A DNA stretch of 63,154 nt, filler included, from Sphacelaria rigidula (lineage: Eukaryota), in assembly GCA_964200075.2 (NCBI GenBank). It is 6 parts of 6 records of this genome, joined end to end, with 100 filler letters (N's around TTAATTAATTAA, not from the genome) between each part and the next. Parts side by side here need not be neighbours in the genome. Positions count along the whole stretch, not along the records: positions 10,545 to 20,987 come from CAXNAA020006480.1; positions 21,088 to 31,530 come from CAXNAA020006481.1; 4 more parts are not named here. The stretch is one strand, 5' to 3'. The translations under genes and the position numbers were made by a program. The stretch's first letter is position 1. Every line of letters starts with the position of its first letter. Below, one piece after another: positions 14,101 through 24,709 of the stretch. Below the pieces are notes generated by a model. That model ran no database searches, had not been told where the DNA came from, and worked only from the letters and a program-made list of their open reading frames with translations.

Positions 14101-17100
14101 ACGAGGCGTCACGACAAGCAGCCGCGCTTGTTCAGGATGATGGGCCGCCATCACGTGGCGAGGCAACCACTGTCGAAGGGACCGGGACTACCGGACGGGT
14201 GCCGCTGACCCCCAACAACGGTAGGGCTGCGACTCCGCTAAACGAAGTAGATTCCCGACAGGATGCGACGGCGCAATCAAGCGGCCTATTCTCGAGTGGG
14301 CGGGGGCTAATCGATGCTTCTTGTCGGGGTAATTCTGCATGTACTCGAGTTCATGCTGCTTCTCCTCGTGGTAGTTTCCGTTCTCGGGGTAATTTCGGAT
14401 CGCAGCGGAGTATCTTTTCCAGTTCGCAACGAAGTATATTTGCAAGTTCGCAGCGGGGTATCGCTGGTGTGGAGGACGGCTCCGGGTCTCCTCCGGTCGC
14501 GACTTACTCCAACGACTCGTGCTCGGTGTGTCTGGAGGAGTATAAAGAAGGGGAACCACTGTTGCAGCTAACCTGTGGCCATGTGTACCATCAGGATTGC
14601 ATCGACCTGTGGCTCAAGGAGCACTGCGTCTGTCCGTGCTGCAGGTATGTTCAGTAGTCCATGATTCATTGTGCCATTATTGTGGTACAGTATTATGACA
14701 CCCGGGGCCTTCATGTTCTACCTCGTGTAGCCGCACTTGTTGGCCCGTGTGACGTATGTCATGCTACTCGGACATAGCATTTGCCGTAATATACTGTATT
14801 CATGTCCTACTCGCAGTACCACACTGATGGCTCAGGAGGTCACCCTCCTGGCTATCGCTGACCCCGCTCGAATCCGATACCCTTCGCGGGAGGATTGACC
14901 TACTGAGCTGGTGACGTAACGGTCCTGGTGAAAGCCAACAGGTCGTAACACTGCGGGTTCGATGCCCGGCACATATTTTTTCGTTGTTCGTTCTTTGGGA
15001 ACGATCTGATCCCAGTCGTTCAAAACGTTAGGACGGGAGTAGAAATGAGCTTGTTTGTTTGAGAATCGACACGGTACGGGACTGCTGATTCAACATCTGC
15101 GGTACCAATATGTAAGGCGCGTTACCTGGTGGAGAGGTGGGCCGATCTCTGGAGAACACTGACTCGTTCAGAGGGAGGTAGCGGATTGAAATTGTGGACA
15201 AAGGACATGAGAAAGCACGGCAGTGCCGTTCTCCTGTCCCTGTTCCATTGTGTACAGGGTCATCACTATCATACTCTGGCGCGTTCATTTTGTCAAATAT
15301 CTTGAGGAATGTTTTGAGAACTGTTCCGAAACGACCGCAATTCATCATAAGAGTAGATTCGTTTTTGTACACAGGGAAGATGTTATTGGGTTATCCTTTT
15401 TTTTCTCCCTGAGTTTCTGAATATGAAAGAATATGTCCTGCGAAAGATATTCAAATGTTCTGTGCGCACGTTCGTCTTCAGCACACAGTTTGTCTCTGTT
15501 CGGTTCTGACAATCTCATGCTCAAAACATGAATTTTGTTGGAGTTGATACGACCGCACGCATATCTTCAGAGGGATCTCAGTCCCAAGCCTTCGAAACGC
15601 GTGCGCCGTATGCACCGGTCTGAGCTCTGCCAGCATGTACGTTGCCCAGGGTATCCTCTGTACTCGTTCTCTCACCACCCCGTTGCCCGACGATTCTTGG
15701 TTTGCCTTGGGTTCGGGTTCGAGTGCGGGTGCGGGTTCGGGTTTGACGATAACGAGGTATATTCAACGATGGGATTTCGGAGATGAACCGGAGGAAAACG
15801 TCTTCCTAGATTTTCTTTTGGCATTGTTGCCCTGTTTTTTTAGATTTTTCCTCAACGTGAAGCGCATGTTCCGTATGATGTTCGCTGTACAGTACCGCAA
15901 GTAGTTTGCCAACCAAGAACGAAAAATGGCCGTTGTTGTACTGTCTTTCGTTGTGTGCGGGCGAGAACACTTTCTATCTCGTGCCCTCCTCTCCATATCA
16001 CATGGCGGGGGGTGTATTGACAGAGCTATGTCCTACGAAAGTATTCACTTGCGAGACCTCGCTTGAGGCAGTAGCGAGTACTTGCGATAACTAGGTCGTG
16101 AATATTTACACATGTCTGAATGGCTCGACGCATCACCCCATGAAAATGCAAAGCGATAGGGTGCGCTACTCCCTGTGTCAACGGTCCACAATGTACCCCA
16201 TCGATGAAGCAAAACCACATTGGTTGTTCTTGTTGAAGGGTGATCGTGTACCTCTATTTACCAAGCAAATCAAAGTACACATTACTCTGTTTGAGGTCCA
16301 GTGTACCCCCTACCTGTCATGGAAATCAAAAGAGTACGCTACTCCTTGTGCTACGATCCCTGGTTGGCACTCCTCTCCCCACATTTCACTACACATACAG
16401 GAGTGGGCGGTCTAACTATTCAGCGGGGTTTTGGGGTTTTCCTCGCGTACTACTCTCCGATAAAACACGAAATTGCTAGCGTCGGTAGATTTTGGTACAA
16501 CAAACAGACCATCCTCAAAACACAGTTCCCAAGTCAGTGTTAGTTGGTGTTATCGGGCGAAACGTGTAAATACCTCATTCATCAGGAGGGTGTTATTGAC
16601 CGTGGAACACAGTTTTTCGGCTCTAGTGAAATGAGAAGGCAGGCTTTTAAAGAAATGAAACTGTATTTTTTTTCAGAAATGTGATTGGGACAGGCTCGAT
16701 CGACCGAAAATACCGAAAAGAAAGAATCTGGGCTGAAACGTCGCAGGACCCCCGATGATGTATCAGCCCGCAAGTCACTCAATATTGGGTACAGATGATT
16801 TTTTTTCTTGGAATGAGGAGCGGATACAAATATCTTCAGATCCCCAATGTGATGAGCAGTGGCAAGCGAAAAGAGCCCAAGAAAATCGCCAATTACGAAG
16901 AAATCGCAAAATGCCTCAAAATGAAGAGTTAGACCGCCCACCACTATAAAGGCCCATGTCCCTCCCTCCCGACGCGAACCAACACGCGTCCGGAACCCCC
17001 GCAGGACGGACTTGGACAAGCTGGCGCAACTAGCTCAGATATTCTCTCAGTTTGACAGGAAAGCGTTGCAGCGCGCGCTAGCTCGCGCGGATGGCGACGC

Positions 17101-18778
17101 GACCGTCGCGATCGAGTTGCTGCTTTTTGCGCCCCCCGAGGGCAACGCCGCCACCCCTGCGCCCGCCGCCGCCGCCGCTGCCACCCCCGAGGGCCCTCTC
17201 GACCCCGATAATCAAGCTGTTCCTGATACCATCTGCGGCGCAGTAAATCTTCTCGATGTTGTCTCGAGCAGCTACGCGTCAAGGCTGGGCGACCTGGAAG
17301 CCAACAACGGGCAGGGTGGCCCTACCGTAGAGGGGATGGGAGTTGGGAACGTGGGGGGCGCATCGACCAGGTCTCATGTCGGCCGCGTCACGAGTAGCCT
17401 CAGCGCCGCGTTTTGGCGGAGCGGAAGTGGACGATGGCATGGCGGCGGCGGCGGTGCTCACGGTGGCGGTGCTAGCGGCGGGAGCAGTGACGGTATTGGC
17501 GAGTTCGTCCGGCGACCAAGCTGGCGATCACGCGCCCCTATACTGCCCCACGGTAGTAGCGATGAAGACGAGGGACTCGAGGTGGTTGATGTGTCCGACG
17601 GACCCGGACACCAACGCGAACACGTAACGGGACAACATTTTGCGGCGACTGCGCCGACAGCGGGAGCAGCGGGAGCAGCGGGAGCTGCAGCAGTAATGAT
17701 GCCGCCGAGACCTGCGACGGCTTCTGCCGCGATGGGAGGTTCGGGCGGCGGCGTGGCGAGGGCGTCGTTAGTCCAGCAGGATAGTGGTGGTGGTGGTGGT
17801 GGTGGTGGTGTCATATGTGTTGGTGGTGCTGCTGGGGCGGGGGCTTGCGCCTGTGCAGGCGGCGCAACGCGACCCGAGAACGACAGAAGCGAACTGCGAG
17901 ATGGCGATGCTGTTCATGGTGCTGATGACCGACGACGATTTGCGGGAGTCACGGGCGGGGAGGCCGCGGCGCTGCCGCTCGAATCGATTGAAGCCAATCG
18001 CTGTTCTCTTGGCGCTTCGGAAACCTTTTCAGGCGCTGGCGGGGGCATTGCCAGTTCGTCGGACCGGTGGACAGCGGACAGCGTCTGGCGAACGGGAGGT
18101 CGACCTGCTTCGTACTCGAGTTCTTGTCGACGGTATTCGGACTCCCAGGACGATGGCCAACACGAAGTGGTGTTTTTCCCTCCCCGGGAAGCACCGGCGA
18201 AGCTCCCGGCGATCGCTCAGCGGCGCAGCGCGGCGCGGCGGTCACTGTCGTCCTCGTCCGGGCACGCGGCGGGTGGCGAGGGTATTGCTGTGAGTTATAA
18301 CCGGTCAGCGTCTGCGACCGGTCCAGATATTGTTCCGGATCAGTTTGAGGTCGGTTCGCGTTCGACGCGACCCCGGCATGCTGAATTTGATGCTGATTCA
18401 GCGGGTGTAGATGTGGGTGATTCGTCAAGGGGTGCTGCTTTTGCCCCGTTTCCCGCCAGACTGGGCGCTACCTTCGCTGTCCGAAATGGGGGTGGCGTCG
18501 GCAGTCATGTTCGGACACGGAGTATGCCCGGAAGTCACCCCACAGGAGTTCATAACTTGTCCGGTGTCGAAGTTGGCGGCGGAGCTGTGTTGCGGGGAAG
18601 CAACAGCAGCGGCGACGAGCCGGGTGCTGTTGCTGCTATGTCGGTGCCTCTAGGCGAGACTGGTGGTATTTTGCGGAGTCCTTCCTGGCTGCAAGATGTG
18701 GCCGTCGCGGATGTTCCACCCCACGAGGATTCACCGTGCCGTGCTGATTCGGTTGTCATAGATGTGGGATCCCAGTGA
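11126..18778 (+). CDS. RING-H2 E3 ubiquitin ligase with adjacent CUE domain (5' end missing)
   Basis: Exons 11126 (or 11145)-11327, 13302-14644 and 17005-18778 (TGA). RING-H2: CSVCLEEY...LTCGHVYHQDCIDLWL...CPCC. The phase-2 join AG|G gives CPCCRTDLDKLAQLAQIFSQFDRKALQRALARADGDATVAIELLL (CUE-like). Confidence 0.8.
11335..11930 (-). mobile_element. 5'-truncated, internally deleted LINE (RT C-terminus plus ORF end), intronic
   Basis: Minus-strand translation gives GLMFPDDFVGVSETP (YADD-like), KWKW...IVDQYTYLG, LEYAG and VWKKRNE...RNGAPS...VVNG. Ends in a C-rich tract. Confidence 0.8.
11933..12090 (+). mobile_element. 3' part of a tRNA-derived SINE with (CA)n tail
   Basis: CCTGTGTTGGCCTTCCT...GTAGACTGGCGTCCAAAA..ATGGGAC matches the reverse complement of 47786-47925. 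Confidence 0.75.
12779..13068 (+). repeat. ~28-bp periodic array with GTTACTTGAT core; three perfect units at 12974-13057
   Basis: GTTACTTGATCTTTGTATGGGGATGCAC x3, preceded by about 7 diverged units at similar spacing. Confidence 0.85.
14903..14981 (+). other. tRNA-like Pol III/SINE head
   Basis: A-box-like TGGTGACGTAACGG, T-arm GGGTTCGATGCCC, then a T run. A similar end occurs on the minus strand at about 44263-44306. Confidence 0.4.
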
Positions 18779-20987
18779 TTGAGGTCTCGACCAGTGAGAG
18801 TGTATTGTGTGTGTGTGCACCGGTTAATTACAAGTCCTGCGATGCGTGCAGTCGCAGCATCCACGGAATACCTGTGGAATCTACAGTCTCTGCTATTTAA
18901 TGAAGTCACACCCGAGTGACGCTACGTCTGTAAAATCTACCGAGTTACTACAGATCTGCGGAATGCCTGTGGTACCCACGGTAAGCTAGCCTCGAGATTT
19001 GAAACCCACCCTGTAGATTTACGGGCATCCTGTAATTCAGGACTGTAGCTGGTCAGGTGTGCGTGTGTCTGGTGTGAGTTGAGACTAATGGGCTCCGTAA
19101 CATAATGTGCGAAGTATCTTTGAGTTGCAAGAAGAAACAGTCTCTGTTTAATGCCGGTGAGGATCACGCAACGGCTTTGATCAAATTGGAGACTCGAACA
19201 GTTGATTGTTCTTGGTATGTTCTCTTCCGCCCCCCCTCCGCCTCCCTTTCTTCATTTCCCTTTTTTTATATTGTATTTTTTGTTGGTGTTGTGTGTAGTG
19301 CGGCGTTCGTGATGAACCACCGGTGGCTCGACAGTTCTCCAGTGGGAGCGAGAGAAGAAAATGAACGAGCTTGCACCACTTCTTTTTTCTTTCAATTTTT
19401 ATTTTCGTGTGCGCGCCAACAAGGTACTACTGCTCCGAAAAGAGGTTATGTGGTGTAGTTTCTGTTTCATCTGTATAATCTGCACTTGGAAAATAAACCG
19501 CCGCGTCATTATTTTCGTTTGCATAGAAAACGACATGGTAGACTCGGGTGTCCCATCTGCCGGCGCTGAAATAGGTTTATTTTCGCTGCGTTCGGATGGG
19601 GGGTTGCTCCTCTCCTGAGTGCTCTTGCGTGGAGTTTTCATGGGCACTGCTCTAAAGAACTGTTGTTCTTCGCAGGAGTTAGACCGGAGATTGGGAGGGG
19701 GAAAGGAGTTAGCTTCGGAGTGCACAGGGATCATGTTCGCCTCAATAAACGCGGTAAATGAAATCTTCCAGAGACGTGAGTGAAAAATGTTTACGTGTAG
19801 TTGGCAAGGAAACGTGGCTGCAGCTTCACGAAACGCGTTTTTTTTTTTTTTCCTGGTATTTTTGTTCGTGTTACTCAGTTCAAGTCGGTTCACTTCGCTC
19901 CACTTCACTTCACTTCACTTTACGGAACCTCTCCGCGTGTGCATGCATATATTATGTGTCAGTTTGAAATAACTTTTTCGATGGAATGTTTGCATGTTTG
20001 CGGGGCAAGATGGAAAGGGTGCAGTGGTGTAGTTTTGCAGCAGTGGAGCCGGGAAATACGTCGATTTGCCGCATATATTGTGCGTATGTGCATTTTTGGA
20101 TGCCCAACTTCGGCGGTAGATATTATTTTTTTGTGGTGTTAGACGGGCGGTGGTCCGAACGGTATTTTGATTTTACTGTGCTACGGTGTGGTGTGGTGTG
20201 GTGTGGTTGGTGCTCCACAGGGAGAGTTGCAAATTACTGTGTTTCTTGGGAATGAGATTGCTACATACACCGTGTATCACAAATGCTCACTTGTGAAAGC
20301 ATGCCACAAGTACACGGCGCACATTTTTGCCAGAGTGACAACATTCTCATCGTTGCCATATTCATCATGTACATCGATCAATTGGTCGTCGCGCATCAAG
20401 TTATGATCCGCTACTGAACCAACAGTGCACTATATATATATATATATAGTTATGTTCGTGGTGTGTAGCTGAACGCTGTGGCATTTTTCGATCAGGGGAT
20501 GGAGAACGGGAGGGGAGGGGAGGGGGGATGGGGGCGTACTAATTCGTTGCTGGCCTTGGTCGTGTGACCACTGACCACGCACCCCTTTCGAGACTCTGTT
20601 CGAGCGTAACTTGCGGAGATACGTGCATCTCGTCAAGAGTTTGACGTTGTCATTCATGTACGGCAGTTGGCGGCAGAGAACTGAGCAAGCGCTGGATGCA
20701 TGCGTGCTACTGGCCGTTCTGAGGTCGATAATTTTCCACCTTTTCAATTTGTATTCTTGAATGGACGAGTTGCATACAGCATATACACAAATATTTATAT
20801 ATACTGTTTCTTGTATTATGCATTTAAAAATGGAAGCGTAATCTTTTGCCAAGAGGGAGTTAAATCATAACAAGGGAGCGGGTCGGGGCGGGGCGGGGGG
20901 GGGGGGGGGGGTCTCCATGTTTTTGCTGTCCTTGTCATACGACCCATGGGGGAGGGGGGGGGGGGGAAGGTGGCGCTTTTTTTTTGT

Positions 20988-21087
20988 NNNNNNNNNNNNN
21001 NNNNNNNNNNNNNNNNNNNNNNNNNNNNNNNTTAATTAATTAANNNNNNNNNNNNNNNNNNNNNNNNNNNNNNNNNNNNNNNNNNNN
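20988..21087. other. Artificial contig linker
   Basis: N44-TTAATTAATTAA-N44. Confidence 0.97.
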
Positions 21088-21280
21088 AGCACCGTTCCTT
21101 CTTCTAATAGAGACACCTCCAACATTCCGGCGCTCATGACGTTTCTTCCATGTATTGCAGTAAACCCTTTTACATATCTTATCCCCGTCCTGTTTCGCCG
21201 TCTGTGGCCACCATCTATCTCCTAGTATAACCAGCGTTTTCTCCCTACTGTCCAATGCATAAAACGATTCCATGCCTCCA
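21088..21280 (-). mobile_element. LINE ORF C-terminal fragment
   Basis: LVILGDRWWPQTAKQDGDK...WKKRHERRNVGGVSIRRRNGA; same family as the copies near 11400 and 33350. Confidence 0.75.
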
Positions 21281-24200
21281 GTGCTCGGGGGGGGGGTGAT
21301 CAGTCTTCTTGAGCTTTTATGCGACTTGCCGTCCGTGCATGGCGAGTTTTAGAAATGTGTTTCGTCCTGCCTGGCAAGGGCCCCGGCGAACGAGAGTTGA
21401 CTCTTGCGGATGGTAGTCTTGATACGTTCACCGTTGGACATCTTGAGTACAGCTCTGTGCCGAGGAGTCTTGTGGTCCGTTCGCTTCTTCCTGCGGAATG
21501 CAACCATTTGCAGCAAACACTTGTGGTAAGCAACATGTAGACTTTGGAACTCACCGGAACGTAGCGTCTATATAGCACATCCGTAAAAAAGAGTTTCCAC
21601 CACCCCTGCTCTAGGTCAGCCGGGGTTTCAACAAGAACGAAAAATGCCTGGATGGCTAAATGTCCCAAGAAGCGAGAATGATCCTGAACTGTATCGTCGA
21701 AATTGGATGAGATATCGAACTATGTCTATCTACCGACTGGCGAGACGTGAAAGTATATGTCGTATCGTCAAATCGTCGCGATACATAACCCAAGAGACTA
21801 TGGTACAAGAACGGCTTTCGTAAGCTTTGAGTGGAGTAATACGGTCGTCGTATGATATAGAGGTATGATTAATTGACACTGCAGGAAGGGCTAAGATGTG
21901 CTCGAACCTACTGAAACAGTTCAAGTCTTCTTTACCTGCAGCAGCTACAGTGAGGCGGCGCACAGGCTGTGCTCGCCTTCTTCACTTACTCTACTTCTGC
22001 AGATACTCCATCAGGACATGGGTCTACGCAATGAAGGTGATTGGGTGTCAAACTACGCTTTACCTCCAGGATATGCCCCGTTCAACGGGGAGTCCCACCA
22101 GTTTTCTGGTCGGGTTATGATGCAACCCATGTTTACGTATGAGCAGCGCCTAGAGGGATCCATGTCTGGCGTGGAACTGATGCCGGATGATCCTCGAGAG
22201 GGGGCGACCGCCCTATAGAAAAGTGCCAAGCAGGCATTAGACCACATGGTGAGCTATTCACTAAAATCTACTCAGCACTCATGCACAACGCTGAACCATA
22301 CAACAGCGTTGCACGGATAGATTGGAGAGGTTGACTTTGATGATGGACGCCGCGCGAATCCTACATTTCTCGTGAACTAACCACTTTGTCAGGGAAGAGC
22401 GCATAAGAAATTTCGTGATAAACTCCCCGACACAGGGGTGACCGCACAAGATGGTGGATGCGATCTTTCTCGGGCGATGCAAGAGTTTGGCCGCATATTT
22501 CTTGAACTCTCTAAAAGTCGGAGAGAGAGCGTAATTGACGCTCATGAGAAGTACGCGCTGTTTAGCATTGCCTGGTTTTCTCACGAGTCGCTGAAATCTG
22601 TGATACTTTGTGATCAGCAACACGATCGTACTATTACCTTCGACGATCTCGCGTTGCAAACTTCGGTGTTTTCCGCTGTCCAACTCCAGTGTAGGGTACA
22701 GGCAGGCAATCGATCGCGTGGGGACTCCGTCGACGCCCGCGCACTTGCCAGTATCACGCATGAGGGCGACGGTGGGGTCCGCTACAGCAACCATCGCACA
22801 CGCTGACGCAGACGAGGTCGGGATAACGATTCGTCGAGACAGTAGTGGCCACTTCAACAAGTGGGGCGGAATACGTGGACCTGTCTGAAGCTTGACACAT
22901 GAATTTTCGTTCGCGACATATTCCCAGGCCCATCAGATTCGATCGGCAAATACCCCACCATCATCTACGAGGGCAGCATGGGCGTGATCAGGATCAGCAA
23001 AACTGACAGTTATTTGTTTTTAATCTCTCACCAAACACATAGATATCAACTTCCACCACGTGCGAGCGTGGAGGAGGGGACGAGATCCCTCGACGAGATC
23101 ACGACGTATCTGACTGGGTTTACGCGCCCGACAACTGTCAGGTGTTACAGCAAAGGTTTTTGTTCCGAACGAAATTTGACAAGGGTGAAAAACCCGCCAG
23201 ATTCAAGACTGCAAAATGTGGTTCGAAGGTTCCACGAGTTGGACACAGGAGTCCACAAGGCAGCACCATTTGCTTCTCTAGAGTACGATCGTGTAATTTC
23301 CGCCAGTGCGGTACGCAATGAGTTTGGTTTACGAAAGCTGAACACCAAGGTTGCTCTCCTTCAGGCATGCATGGTCGAGGATCATCATGGTCGAGGATGA
23401 TCGACCTGTGTACGTGATGCCTCGTGGAGGATTCCAATGCCCTAAAGCAGAAAGGCGTGAAGCGTGTAAACTGGAAGCTTGGCTCTACGGCCTACGTCTT
23501 TTGCGCTCGTGGGCGTCGTCTAGACTATTCATATATTTCTACTTACACTCCGGCTTTATTTTCAGCCCTGCTGGCCCTTGTGTTTACAGTATGGATGATG
23601 GGACGGTCTTTCTCCTAGTTTACGTGGCCGAAATACAAATTAGGGACAGCGACGAGGTGCAAATTGAAGGGATCATTTACAAGCTCAAGAAAAGGTTCCA
23701 GATCGTGAACCTCGGTGACGCCAAGCTCTTACTTGTTATTCAATTCATCCGAGTGCCGGGTCCGCCACGCTAACGCAAGAGGCGTACGTGAAATCGATCC
23801 CCAACGCGGAGCGACGCATGGCCACACAAGATGCCAGCAGCAGCTGATGGAACGATAAAAATACTCGGGAAGTATATATGTTCTTTCGCTGGAAGGCACG
23901 ACGTACTTTTGTTCAGCTACCGGAGGTTTGCTCTAACTGAGCAAATGCACAAGACCTGACATGGCACACGCGACCATGACGGACGAGACGCGTGTTCAAA
24001 GCCAGGGTAGATGGCCTTAGTAAGACTGAGGCAAGCCTAATTTATGATCTCCGGGCGGTTGATCTCGGGGTAGAATACAGCTTGGACCTCGAAGTCGGAG
24101 GAGAGTCGAATGCATACATAAATTCCGACCTTGCCGGAGACCAAGAAAAGGGGTTCACAACGACAGGCGCGGTCATCTACTAAGGAGGCGGACCGATTGA

Positions 24201-24451
24201 ATAGACTTCGAAACTGTAGACCGTAATCTCCATCTACTGAGTAGGTGGACCGATTGTATAGACTTCAAAACTGTGGGCAGTAATCGCCAAATCAATAACT
24301 GGGACGGAATGCGTGGCCCGGTCTGGAGCTAGTTGCATGGTGATTCATTTCAACACTACCCAACCCTTATATACGAGGCCAACATGGGCGCGATCAAGAT
24401 GAGTAAGGTTGAGTAGAGTTTATCCCGTGCCAACAACATAGACATCAAGTC

Positions 24452-24709
24452 TATAGCCTCTGCCAGATGATCTGGACAAGAGGACTATCCACGAGGGACT
24501 CCTCCAGTAGCACCGGCCTCGTACTCGACAAGTCCTTTCTTCGCAATTGTTATGATCACGGAGTAATCCTCAACAGACCACATCAAGAGCTAGACAGCAA
24601 GGGGCCACACAGATGAGGGTCATCAATCCAGGATCCCCTGTCCCCTGCGACTGCTCCAATCATGCATGCGATTATTCTGAAACCCACAGCTTGGTATCAT
24701 TTGGCTACA
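24452..24709 (-). repeat. 3' LTR of the Gypsy element
   Basis: TATAG...CTACA. About 20 mismatches to 28933-29190 by manual count, no indels. Confidence 0.92.

Noticed and set aside
15570-15904. Alternative terminal exon for the RING gene
   Set aside because: An acceptor exists, but the 17005 acceptor gives the canonical CRxDL plus a recognisable domain; this one gives no recognisable product.
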